IMG/VR virus record: IMGVR_UViG_2778261500_000001
From: a virus
Lineage: Duplodnaviria; Heunggongvirae; Uroviricota; Caudoviricetes
Direction: 5' to 3' (one strand)
DNA length: 23,709 nucleotides
The position numbers and the translations under genes are program-made. Shown one piece after another: positions 15,679 through 23,709 of this stretch. Within the stretch, counting starts at the first letter, position 1, and each line of letters opens with the position of its first letter. The notes below the pieces were generated by a model. That model had not been told where the DNA came from. It saw only the letters and a program-made list of their open reading frames with translations, and did not search any database.

Positions 15679-18051
15679 TTAATACAGGTTCCGCCACTTA
15701 TCATCTTCCTGCAAACGCTGGTTCCGATAGAAGATACGCAGGCCTGCTCCTGACGGAATACTGCCGCCGCGAAGGAGTAAATCGACCTCTTTCTCGCTGC
15801 CATCAAATCCTCTGGACTTCAGTTCATAGACGAGCTGCTGTCGCTGATGGTCTGTAATTCGCTGTTTGTAGTCTTTACGCCGTTTCGGTTTCACCAGGCG
15901 TAACCTTGCAGCCAGTTCCCGGCGCTCTTTTTTGCTCATACTGTGCAGGTATTCGTGCAACTCCTTGTCATCCATGCGGGTAATGTCCGTTCTGGTATCC
16001 CCATCAGCTGATTTGTCTTTCCCTTGTTGGTTCAAATTTTCAGCAAGGGGACAGTTATTGCCACGAGTCCAAGGGGCGCAAGCGCCCTGGTCGGCTGCCG
16101 CCTCCTGAACATCAACGGCCTTACGAACCATTTTCCACTTCACGGCATGAGTGCAGATCTTGCCCTCTGCAATAGGTGACCAGATGCCATAAATACGAAT
16201 GCCGTGATCGCCATAGGCGGTCGGCTCTTCGTTGATTTCATAAGCGGTTCTGATGAGGTGATATTTGCGGGGAACCAGTACGCCGCCCTGCTTCATGATG
16301 TAGGTGGCAAAACAACCAGCATCAGCAGCAGCCAGGATGGCATCAAGGCGCGGGTTATCCAGTACCGGCGCACCTGCTTTTTTGTCCCCCTGTTGCCTTG
16401 CCGCCTGACCAGCCAGCAATCGCAGTTCACGGTAAGCCTGACGCCCCGGAATGCCAAAGAAGCGGAATTGCTGAACACGATGCAGAGACGCCCAGGCATT
16501 AACGTATTCAGCATTATCACGCAGGGATTTCCCCGTTTCCTTGCTGATCTCGCCAGCCAGACCACGCCCGTCAATGTTCTTACTGATGTATTTCGCGATG
16601 TAGCTTGTTGGCGTACCTTTGCGCGGGTTAATCAACTCAGACTTAAAGCGCGGCCCAGTGTTATTGCCCAGTTCCTCGCGGTCTTCACGGATGGCAAACT
16701 TACGCAGTAATGCAGTGATGGCGCGGCGGTCTTTTTTGCGCATAAAACACAACAGGTGCCAGTGAACTGTACCGTCATGATGCGGCTCAGCCACCCGCAC
16801 GCCATACCACCGCAATCCGGCTTTGTGCATCGCCTTACGAAATGCAGCAAACATGCCGACCAGATAATCACTGCTTTGTCTTACCGTCGCATTTGTCCAA
16901 GTTGGGTTGGGCCTGCCATTATTTAGCGTGGAATGGAAACGTGACGGACAGGTGATGGTGTAGAAAACGGCGCAGTCACCGCGCATTTCCGCGATAAGCT
17001 CCAGGCCTTTAACACAGGCCATCATCTCATTGCGGCGATGCGCAGGGTTGCTGCTGCTGGCGTTTACCACATCCTCCATGTCCAGCGTGTCGCCGTCTTC
17101 GTTCACCAGTTCATGAGAACGAAAAAACTCCAGCGACTTACGGCGCTGCTCACGTTTATGCATCACGGCTTCATAGCTGACATAGGGAGATGCTTTTTTG
17201 CTGACCAGGCAGACAGCACGCAACTGCTCTTCCCGCCATTCGCAACGCATCTTCCATAATTTCCGGTACCACCAGTCAGCGCACAACATACGCGCCAGCG
17301 AACCCGGAATGAGTTCATAGGGCACGGGTTTACGGCGGTTTCTTTTCCGGCGGAGTTGCTCAAACGCAGGCGGGATGACATCCAGACGCAGGGTTTCCGC
17401 TGCCACCTTTTCCCATGTCTTGCGGATTTCTTCTGGCTTAACGTCATCGGTGACATACAAATCGCCACAAGCTGCATCAAGGCACATGCTCATATGCGCA
17501 GCTACCAGGGTGGACAGGCGTTTCACCTGATCCTGACTCATTTCAGGCAGGATCAGCAGGCCGTCCAGCCCTTCATGGCTTGCCATAAAGCGAAAAGAAG
17601 TGGATAGCTGACAGTCGCGTACATGCTCCAGCCGTTCCAGACATGGCTTAATCGTCTCACGCAAATAGCGGGAATAAGCCTTTGGCCTGCCCAGGCTGCT
17701 GAAGTATTCAATACGTTGCATCAGTGGCTTGCTGATATGGGAAGGCTGGGCATTAACGTCCGCCAGAATGACCATATCTGGATTAAAACGCTGCTGCTCA
17801 TGCGCCAGCTTTGCCCGACTAATGAGCTTATCCTGCTCCATTTCGCGCTGGACAGGATCACGGGATTCATTAAAGAAATAACGCTCCCAGACCTGATCAC
17901 TCAGTGCCTCGCGGCGCAGCTGTTCCTGCTCGTTATCGGCAGCGTACAGAGCGATCAGGTTTGAAAGCGCAGAAACTGAAGATTGCTCTTCCGTCTCTAC
18001 GTAAGGATTGATTGCTTTTTTCTCAGCATTCCAGGAATAGCTGTAGTTCAT
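15679..18051 (-). CDS. A: Replication initiation protein A (rolling-circle endonuclease)
   Basis: ORF 15679..18102 (807 aa); probable start at MNYSYSW (18051), overlapping the upstream stop as TAATG. Contains a two-tyrosine motif [12 protein letters not shown] consistent with P2 gpA active-site tyrosines. Confidence 0.85.
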   Translation of the reverse strand: MNYSYSWNAEKKAINPYVETEEQSSVSALSNLIALYAADNEQEQLRREALSDQVWERYFFNESRDPVQREMEQDKLISRAKLAHEQQRFNPDMVILADVNAQPSHISKPLMQRIEYFSSLGRPKAYSRYLRETIKPCLERLEHVRDCQLSTSFRFMASHEGLDGLLILPEMSQDQVKRLSTLVAAHMSMCLDAACGDLYVTDDVKPEEIRKTWEKVAAETLRLDVIPPAFEQLRRKRNRRKPVPYELIPGSLARMLCADWWYRKLWKMRCEWREEQLRAVCLVSKKASPYVSYEAVMHKREQRRKSLEFFRSHELVNEDGDTLDMEDVVNASSSNPAHRRNEMMACVKGLELIAEMRGDCAVFYTITCPSRFHSTLNNGRPNPTWTNATVRQSSDYLVGMFAAFRKAMHKAGLRWYGVRVAEPHHDGTVHWHLLCFMRKKDRRAITALLRKFAIREDREELGNNTGPRFKSELINPRKGTPTSYIAKYISKNIDGRGLAGEISKETGKSLRDNAEYVNAWASLHRVQQFRFFGIPGRQAYRELRLLAGQAARQQGDKKAGAPVLDNPRLDAILAAADAGCFATYIMKQGGVLVPRKYHLIRTAYEINEEPTAYGDHGIRIYGIWSPIAEGKICTHAVKWKMVRKAVDVQEAAADQGACAPWTRGNNCPLAENLNQQGKDKSADGDTRTDITRMDDKELHEYLHSMSKKERRELAARLRLVKPKRRKDYKQRITDHQRQQLVYELKSRGFDGSEKEVDLLLRGGSIPSGAGLRIFYRNQRLQEDDKWRNLY

Positions 18052-18881
18052 TACGCAATCTCCAGTTCGAGCTGTGAAGGCTGCAAACCATTCGACAGCC
18101 AATCAGAAACTGAAGGTGGGCGAACAGCTTCAATTGCACCTTTTAAAATTGCGCAACGGTTTTTCAGAATGACAGCTTTCAGCTCCTTTTCCGTCAGATT
18201 GCGCGAATACTCAGCCTCCTGAATAGCCCGCGTCAGCTCAGGATATTTGCTATTAAATTTGGGGACATTGCAGGCAAGATTTGTACTGTCGGCAGTCGCC
18301 AGTGGGTAATTTCCCAACACACGACCGTCAAGCATGCGCAAACCATGAACAGCTGTTTTGAAATTGTGTCGGCAATAAATTGCTTCAAAAGCGTCCTGCA
18401 TACGACGATGCCAGTGCGCAGTTCTGATAGCCGCATATTCACCAGACGATCCAAAGCAGACACGAGGCCATTCACGACATAGCTCGATAAGCCGATCGAT
18501 TGACTCGTGCAGATGCCAGACGGGAGTTGCCTTCCCGTAGAACATTTTCGGAACTTCGTTTATCAGGGCATCATTGTCACGTTCACCTCCGTCCACAACA
18601 TCAGGAATGACAAAAAAAGCGACCTTAGGATGGTGGTAATAGTTCAGGAGCCATTTATAAAAATCACTCCAGTTAATTTTTAGCCCACGCACCCATGCAG
18701 AAAATGCGCCGTTATCAATGCCGACGACCTGAGCGTGCTGAATGGACGCCGCAATCTGATCTGGTCGTACATAGGAGACGAAAGCGCCAGCTCCGCTCAC
18801 CGCAATACGATGAACGTCGCCAGCACTTCCCCAGACAGGCGTCCCATGGAAATGATGAATTCCGTGGTGCATTTCTTTCAC
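18051..18881 (-). CDS. Hypothetical protein, possibly TGT/DpdA-like TIM-barrel (uncertain)
   Basis: 276 aa; GTG start overlaps the Dam stop (GTGA), stop overlaps the A start. Motifs [32 protein letters not shown] are weakly reminiscent of tRNA-guanine transglycosylase-like enzymes; unverified. Confidence 0.45.
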   Translation of the reverse strand: MKEMHHGIHHFHGTPVWGSAGDVHRIAVSGAGAFVSYVRPDQIAASIQHAQVVGIDNGAFSAWVRGLKINWSDFYKWLLNYYHHPKVAFFVIPDVVDGGERDNDALINEVPKMFYGKATPVWHLHESIDRLIELCREWPRVCFGSSGEYAAIRTAHWHRRMQDAFEAIYCRHNFKTAVHGLRMLDGRVLGNYPLATADSTNLACNVPKFNSKYPELTRAIQEAEYSRNLTEKELKAVILKNRCAILKGAIEAVRPPSVSDWLSNGLQPSQLELEIA

Positions 18882-19732
18882 ACTTGCACCCCGAAAATAA
18901 CAGTAGAGTCACGTCCCCTACTAAAATCGGCACTAAACCAATTAGCAGATTTAGTGGCAATCATCTCTGTTGCAAATTTTCCCTCCCCCGCTGCAACGCC
19001 GATGCTGCGTTTCGCCCTGATGTAGTGGTGAGTGAAATTACGATAAAGGGACCGGGTCAAAGACGTGTTACTGTTAGAAACAATGACCGGATGTCCTTCT
19101 GATGACCGATGTTCAAGAATGGATGCCAGGTGATACTGATCATCTTCAGTGAAACCATCAGTGTGATAGCCGGAAAACGTACCGTCATAAGGCGGATCGC
19201 AATACACCACATCCCCCACCTTCAACATCGCCAGCGTTTCATCAAAGCTGGCGCAGATAAACGTTGCCCGCTGGGCTTTCTCTGCAAATGCGCGAATTTC
19301 TTTTTCAGGGAAATACGGATTTTTATAATTACCGTAGGGAATGTTGAAATGCCCGCTCTTGTTATAGCGACATAAACCACGGTAACCGTGACGATTGAGA
19401 TACAGGAAATATACCGCTTTCATGAAATCAGTAATTTCAGTGGAGTAATTAAACTCCTGCCTTATGTTGTAATAAGCCACCTCCCTGTTTGCTTCCTCAA
19501 ATAAAGCTCTGGCACGAGATATAAACGCCTCACAATCAGCAGCAACCTTTTTATAGAGGTTGATTAAATCAGGATTAATATCCGCAACAAGATAGCTGGG
19601 GTAATCCGTCTCCATCATCACTGCACAGGAACCCGCGAAAGGTTCAACCAGTCGCGGGCCAGCAGGAAGATGCTTTTTCAGTTCGGACATTATGGCGGTT
19701 TTATTTCCTGCCCATTTCAGGATGGTGCTCAT
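18878..19732 (-). CDS. dam: DNA adenine methyltransferase (Dam family)
   Basis: ORF 18878..19792; likely start [11 protein letters not shown] (ATG at 19732, ATGA overlap with the upstream gene). Motifs KWAGNK, EPFAGS and DPPY are the Dam/D12-class N6-adenine MTase signatures. Confidence 0.85.
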   Translation of the reverse strand: MSTILKWAGNKTAIMSELKKHLPAGPRLVEPFAGSCAVMMETDYPSYLVADINPDLINLYKKVAADCEAFISRARALFEEANREVAYYNIRQEFNYSTEITDFMKAVYFLYLNRHGYRGLCRYNKSGHFNIPYGNYKNPYFPEKEIRAFAEKAQRATFICASFDETLAMLKVGDVVYCDPPYDGTFSGYHTDGFTEDDQYHLASILEHRSSEGHPVIVSNSNTSLTRSLYRNFTHHYIRAKRSIGVAAGEGKFATEMIATKSANWFSADFSRGRDSTVIFGVQV

Positions 19733-19956
19733 ACAGCACCTCCGTTGTAATGTTTGCCTTTCAGCTCTGCGATTTCCTGACAGGTAATGCAAAGCTGCAC
19801 ACCCGGAATGGCACGGCGGCGTGCTGGCGGAATTGGCGCTTCACACTCAACGCAAAGCACGCGGGACACGCCCGGCGTTTTGGCACGGGCAGCACGGATA
19901 TGGCGTTGGCGTTCTTCTTCAACGCGCTGCTGTACGAGATCCATTGCATCAGCCAT
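19729..19956 (-). CDS. TraR/DksA-family C4 zinc-finger protein
   Basis: 75 aa with CVEC-X17-CITC spacing typical of TraR/DksA-type zinc fingers, not the Ogr/B late activator pattern. Confidence 0.7.
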   Translation of the reverse strand: MADAMDLVQQRVEEERQRHIRAARAKTPGVSRVLCVECEAPIPPARRRAIPGVQLCITCQEIAELKGKHYNGGAV

Positions 19957-20195
19957 CAGTGGATCTCCTGCGCTTCGTTCTGGATTGCTTCAGCAGTCAC
20001 ACGCAGCAGTTCTGCCGCTTCGACGTGGTTTAGCTGGCGGGAGGTGATATGACACGCCAGGCTATCGAGGCGAGCAGCCATTGCTTCAGCCCTTGCCCGG
20101 CGTTCTTCCAGACGAGCCTCTGTCAGTAAAAGATTAAGACCTGCATCATCCGGTCCGGTTTTGGTCGTGAGGGTTTCAATATTACGCATAAGCAA
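19956..20195 (-). CDS. Hypothetical early-operon protein
   Basis: 79 aa ORF; stop overlaps the TraR-like start; no recognisable motifs. Confidence 0.4.
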   Translation of the reverse strand: MLMRNIETLTTKTGPDDAGLNLLLTEARLEERRARAEAMAARLDSLACHITSRQLNHVEAAELLRVTAEAIQNEAQEIH

Positions 20196-20256
20196 TTCTC
20201 CTGAATTTAGATAAAGGGATGCCCGGCGGGTTTACGCCATTAATTTCATTAGTTGG

Positions 20257-20598
20257 TTAATTCGGCATGGTTAGCCGTCTGGGAAATAAGCTCACCACTG
20301 CACGAAAATGATTCATTGCTTTAATCAACTCCCGCTTTTCGTCAGTGGTCAGCTCATTAATGCTGATGCTATGACGTTCAGCTGGAATTTTTGCCATAAA
20401 GAATATGGCAGCCAGTGCCCGTTTATTTTGTTCATTATTGATATCCCGAGGATCACGCATATCTTTAATAAACCGCTCAAGCTCTGACTCAATATTCAAA
20501 CCAAAAACTTTCGCCCTTAACTCCGCAATATGATTAAGTCCATTCAGGCGTTCACCGGGTCTTAATGGAACAGTCGCCGCAGCGCCTTCAATAGCCAT
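20257..20598 (-). CDS. Hypothetical early-operon protein
   Basis: 113 aa ORF in the cII-to-A early region; no recognisable motifs. Confidence 0.4.
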   Translation of the reverse strand: MAIEGAAATVPLRPGERLNGLNHIAELRAKVFGLNIESELERFIKDMRDPRDINNEQNKRALAAIFFMAKIPAERHSISINELTTDEKRELIKAMNHFRAVVSLFPRRLTMPN

Positions 20599-20762
20599 TT
20601 GTTCCCCCGTTTTTTCGTAGATAGTTCTGCCAGCAATTCATCTTGTGAACGGCACGGATGCCAGCGTTTACCATCCTCACCCATGATCCAGCCGTGACCG
20701 TAGTGCATTGCCGGACTTTGTTTTACCAGCAGCGATGCAAATGATGGTTCTTTCGTCAGCAT
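20562..20762 (-). CDS. Hypothetical small early protein downstream of cII
   Basis: ORF 20562..20792; the ATG at 20762 sits 7 nt after the cII stop, so the start is probably there (about 66 aa). Position matches the small early genes after cII in 186. Confidence 0.4.
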   Translation of the reverse strand: MLTKEPSFASLLVKQSPAMHYGHGWIMGEDGKRWHPCRSQDELLAELSTKKRGNKWLLKALRRLFH

Positions 20763-20769
20763 AAGCACC

Positions 20770-21279
20770 TCACAGCAAACCGAATGAAGCACCGAGGCCA
20801 GTCACGGTATCAACTGCACTCGCCATCGCAGGATTAGCCTGTAAACGGGCCTGCAATGAAACAGCGGCCAGCGCCATCAGTCGTGTTACAGAGTTAATGC
20901 TGCTGATAGCATCACGACGACCTGCACTGGTTTTTACATCGCCAGATACCGCACCTGCAGCAACACGCCCGATCTCTGCGGTTGCACTCATGACATAATG
21001 CGGCAGTTTCTCTTTTGCCACCTCATTAATCGGTACACATGGCAGGCAGTGAATCTGTGCCAGAAAGCCATCTACCAGCGTTGAATCTTCAGTCAGATCG
21101 GTAAGCAACCAGATTTCTGGTGCGGTTAATAAATGAGGTTGAGCTGGGTTCAGCTTGTTCCGCAGAATCTGTACATTCATGCCTGCACGTTCTGCCAGTC
21201 GCACCAGGTTGTGGCGCAGTGCGAATGCACGACAGGCTTCGTCAAAATGTGGATGTTTGGAAACTTGATAATCAAACAT
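20770..21279 (-). CDS. cII: CII-like transcriptional activator (186 CII family)
   Basis: 169 aa; sequence closely resembles phage 186 CII as I remember it ([11 protein letters not shown]...[17 protein letters not shown]...GASFGLL); second gene of the lytic operon. Confidence 0.75.
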   Translation of the reverse strand: MFDYQVSKHPHFDEACRAFALRHNLVRLAERAGMNVQILRNKLNPAQPHLLTAPEIWLLTDLTEDSTLVDGFLAQIHCLPCVPINEVAKEKLPHYVMSATAEIGRVAAGAVSGDVKTSAGRRDAISSINSVTRLMALAAVSLQARLQANPAMASAVDTVTGLGASFGLL

Positions 21280-21311
21280 AGTCAGCCCCTTCCCTTTATT
21301 TCAAAATCGAA

Positions 21312-21533
21312 TCAATTGATTACGACATTGGAATCGGCAAGCGCATCCACTGTCATGGCTGCAATGTTGATCATTACCTTTTCACGTTTTTTATCCTTGC
21401 GAAGACGATGCCGCTTAAGGCGTCCATCTGCGAGCATACTGTTGATAGTGTCTACAGATAACCCTGTGAGTTCACTGTACTTTTCAACCGAAATGGATGG
21501 GACAGCTAATGTGATTGAAATGTGCTGAGTCAT
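21312..21533 (-). CDS. apl: Apl/Cox-like excisionase and switch regulator
   Basis: 73 aa with HTH-like segment KYSELTGLSVDTINSMLADGRL; first gene transcribed from the candidate lytic promoter, divergent from cI. Confidence 0.55.
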   Translation of the reverse strand: MTQHISITLAVPSISVEKYSELTGLSVDTINSMLADGRLKRHRLRKDKKREKVMINIAAMTVDALADSNVVIN

Positions 21534-21584
21534 AAGGCAACATCTCCTGTTTAAGTGTGTTTAACATTGACGAGTAGTTGTAAG

Positions 21585-21658
21585 TCACATTTTGAAATCA
21601 ATGCGACTATAAGATCACAAATTGAAATCGTCAACCATAAAGTTCACAAGGTGAAATC
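21585..21658. repeat. Three 15-bp direct repeats TCACA-N3-TGAAATC at about 30-bp spacing (putative operators)
   Basis: tcacattttgaaatc (21585-21599), tcacaaattgaaatc (21615-21629), tcacaaggtgaaatc (21644-21658), seen directly in the apl/cI intergenic region, overlapping the candidate pR. Confidence 0.55.
21606..21634 (-). promoter_or_regulatory. Candidate lytic promoter pR (sigma70-type) directed towards apl
   Basis: Minus strand reads TTGACG - 17 nt - TATAGT (-35 at 21629-21634, -10 at 21606-21611); apl start lies about 65 bp downstream. Confidence 0.6.
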
Positions 21659-21659
21659 G

Positions 21660-22226
21660 ATGGATTTTAGTCAAGGTGGAAAGAAAGCTATCGAAAGGAT
21701 GGTTGAAGCCTATGGGTTCACTACAAGACAGGCGTTATGTGAACAACTAGGCATATCAAAAAGCAGTCTTGCTACACGCTACATGAGAGATTCATTCCCT
21801 TCTGATTGGGTTATTCAGTGCGCGCTCGAAACAGGAGTAAACATAAAGTGGCTGGTAACAGGCTTACCTCCTAAACATGAATATTTAACGTCTGACATCA
21901 TCAATATTCAAAAAATAAAATTGATTGATGGAGTGCTATTGGATGCAGGAACACTAATGTTTGACAAAGTGTTCATTCCTGATGGTTTATCATCACCATC
22001 TGTGATATCAAACGGGAATAACTCTTATTTTATTGAGAGGGATTTCACAGATGTAGTTGATGGTGATTGGTTAATCTCCATTGATGGAAAGCATTCTATA
22101 AAACAAGTTATTAGAATTCCTGATAATAAAGTTAAGATTAACTATGGGAATATCATTGTTGATATGAACATTAATGACCTTGTATTCATCGGCAAAGTTA
22201 TAGCAGAATTCAAGATAAGAGGCTAA
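21660..22226 (+). CDS. cI: CI-like immunity repressor (186 CI family)
   Basis: ORF 21555..22226 begins with GTG inside the intergenic region; likely true start is ATG at 21660 (MDFSQGG...), preceded by AGGTGA. N-terminal region AYGF...QLGISKSSLATRYMRDSFPSDWVIQCALETGVNIKWLVTG resembles the 186 CI HTH domain as recalled. Confidence 0.75.
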   Translation: MDFSQGGKKAIERMVEAYGFTTRQALCEQLGISKSSLATRYMRDSFPSDWVIQCALETGVNIKWLVTGLPPKHEYLTSDIINIQKIKLIDGVLLDAGTLMFDKVFIPDGLSSPSVISNGNNSYFIERDFTDVVDGDWLISIDGKHSIKQVIRIPDNKVKINYGNIIVDMNINDLVFIGKVIAEFKIRG

Positions 22227-22227
22227 T

Positions 22228-23361
22228 ATGAATATTACTCGATTAAAACTGAAAAATTGGAAAAACTTCAGGAATATTGATGTTCCTCTTCATGACCGTG
22301 TTTACATCATAGGGCCAAATGCTGTAGGTAAATCAAACTTCCTTGATGTCTTTCGCTTTATGAGTGATATTTGTAGAGATGGTGGTGGTTTACAAAAAGC
22401 GGTCAATGATAGAGGTGGCATAACAAAACTCCGTTGTCTTCAAGCGAGAAATGATACCGAAGTAGGTATAACCATATATTTTGAGGAAGACGATAACGAG
22501 TGGATTTATGAACTTATTTTCAAGGCATCTGGCCGAGGGAAACAGTTAATTCACGTCACTAGTGAAAATGTATATAAAAATGGTGAGCATATATTGAGCC
22601 GCCCCAATGCTCATGATCATGCTGATGCTGTTCAGTTGACTCAAACACATCTTGAGCAAATTTTAGCAAATCAAAGTTTTAGAGTGATTTCAGATTTCTT
22701 CACATCTGTTACATACTTGCATATAGTTCCACAGTTGCTCAAATTCGCCAAAGAAATTGGGGTTAATAAAATAGATGATGACCCATTTGGACAAGGGTTT
22801 CTTGACCGATTAGCAAATACTCAAACACGAACCAGAGATGCCTGGCTAAAAAAAATACAAGCAGGGCTATCTATTGCTGTTCCGCAGTTTAAAGAGTTAC
22901 GCTTTGAAAGAGATGAATCAGGGCAACCACACTTAGAAGCAAGGTACGAGCACTGGAGGCCAAATGCTGGATGGCAAAAAGAAGAGCAGTTTTCAGATGG
23001 AACATTACGTTTAATCGGTTTGATGTGGTCACTTCTTGAGAAAAGACAGCTACTTTTAATGGAAGAACCTGAATTATCTTTGAACAGTGAAATTGTGAAA
23101 TTTATACCTGAAATCATTGAAAACACGCTTAAAGGTGCTCGAAATCAAAAGCAAATCATCATTAGCACTCACAGTCCATCGTTGCTAAGTAATAATATCG
23201 ATGGCAATAACATTATTCTATTTACAGCATCTGAAAACGGTACTACAGCGAGAACACCTACAGATGATGAATTGGATGCAATGAGAGTCGGTTTCTCTGC
23301 TGCTGAAATCATGTTGCCTCATACGACGCCTGCCAATATAAGTAAAATTGCAGAGATCTAG
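22228..23361 (+). CDS. ABC-type (AAA_21/OLD-like) ATPase, putative defence-system component
   Basis: 377 aa. Walker A GPNAVGKSN, signature-like FSDGTLR, Walker B-like LLLMEEPE, H-loop ISTHSP, all seen directly. ATG is 1 nt after the cI stop with an AAGAGG SD. Confidence 0.8.
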   Translation: MNITRLKLKNWKNFRNIDVPLHDRVYIIGPNAVGKSNFLDVFRFMSDICRDGGGLQKAVNDRGGITKLRCLQARNDTEVGITIYFEEDDNEWIYELIFKASGRGKQLIHVTSENVYKNGEHILSRPNAHDHADAVQLTQTHLEQILANQSFRVISDFFTSVTYLHIVPQLLKFAKEIGVNKIDDDPFGQGFLDRLANTQTRTRDAWLKKIQAGLSIAVPQFKELRFERDESGQPHLEARYEHWRPNAGWQKEEQFSDGTLRLIGLMWSLLEKRQLLLMEEPELSLNSEIVKFIPEIIENTLKGARNQKQIIISTHSPSLLSNNIDGNNIILFTASENGTTARTPTDDELDAMRVGFSAAEIMLPHTTPANISKIAEI

Positions 23362-23364
23362 TAC

Positions 23365-23709
23365 ATGAAAATTTCAATTGCAACGGAAGATATCTTAACA
23401 GAGGAGGCCATGGTTAAAATCATTGCCTCTAATGGCCATTTTGAAATAAAAAACAAACTAGGCAAACAGGGATGCGGTTATCTAACGAGCAACCTTGAAA
23501 AATTCAACAACTTAGCAGCACTTCATCATGTATTGGTTGTACTTGATTTAGACCTTAAAGAAAATGCAGTTACTTATCGCAGTGAAATCGAAAATAAATT
23601 AAGAAATAAACACGAAAGACTTAAGATAATAATTCCGATCAGAGAGGTTGAAAGTTGGATTTTGGCCGATAGAGGGGGGTTGAGTGATTACTTTAAAATA
23701 TCTAAAGAT
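23365..23709 (+). CDS. TOPRIM-like partner protein (5' part; gene runs off the window end)
   Basis: At least 115 aa, starting 3 nt after the ATPase stop. Acidic motifs ATEDIL, VVLDLD and EVESWILAD resemble the conserved Glu / DxD pattern of TOPRIM-type nucleases. Not in the ORF track because no stop lies in the window; translated by hand. Confidence 0.55.
   Translation, partial: MKISIATEDILTEEAMVKIIASNGHFEIKNKLGKQGCGYLTSNLEKFNNLAALHHVLVVLDLDLKENAVTYRSEIENKLRNKHERLKIIIPIREVESWILADRGGLSDYFKISKD

Noticed and set aside
16204-17964. Plus-strand ORFs inside gene A (for example 16204..16710, 17623..17964)
   Set aside because: Antisense to the replication initiator A, which spans the region as one long ORF with an active-site tyrosine motif.
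19729-19956. Zinc-finger protein as the Ogr/B late activator
   Set aside because: Cysteine spacing (CxxC-X17-CxxC) and its position in the early operon fit TraR/DksA-type proteins, not Ogr/B; the late activator gene is presumably outside the window.
21555-21659. GTG-initiated N-terminal extension of cI (ORF-track start at 21555)
   Set aside because: It would start inside the promoter/operator region 22 bp from the apl start; the ATG at 21660 has an SD and yields the expected repressor size.
22228-23709. ATPase/TOPRIM module as the canonical P2 old gene
   Set aside because: P2 Old is a single polypeptide fusing ATPase and TOPRIM and lies near the tin/old locus by cos; here the functions are split into two genes and sit downstream of cI.
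1-23709. CRISPR arrays, tRNA genes, integrase/att sites, insertion sequences
   Set aside because: No spaced short direct repeats of CRISPR type, no tRNA-like cloverleaf region and no transposase or integrase-like ORF were found; the prophage ends appear to lie outside the window.

Overview
The window is most of a P2/186-family temperate myovirus (prophage or phage genome) of an enterobacterial host, in reverse orientation relative to the usual P2 map. From left to right it holds: the 5' part of tail fibre gene H, the baseplate/tail/lysis/head late genes (I, J, W, V, S, R, lysC, lysB, lysA, K, Y, X, L, M, N, O) on the minus strand, terminase P and portal Q on the plus strand, an AT-rich accessory island around a candidate cos site, a LexA-box-controlled DinI-like module, the replication initiator A with a coupled early operon (Dam methylase, TraR-like zinc finger, small unknowns), and a 186-type lysogeny switch (CII, Apl, face-to-face promoter region, CI). 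Two accessory cargo modules stand out. The first (12344-13995, between Q and cos) is a two-gene operon encoding a compact HipA-like Ser/Thr kinase followed by a partner with a HipA-N-terminal-like domain fused to a HIRAN-like domain; this is my top candidate for an undescribed anti-phage or toxin-antitoxin-like system. The second (22228 to window end) is an ABC-type ATPase plus a TOPRIM-like protein fused directly behind cI, resembling split OLD/PARIS-type defence modules; it is truncated by the window edge. All identifications rest on reading the translations and recalling family motifs from memory; no database search was run. No integrase, att site, tRNA, CRISPR array or IS element was seen in the window.
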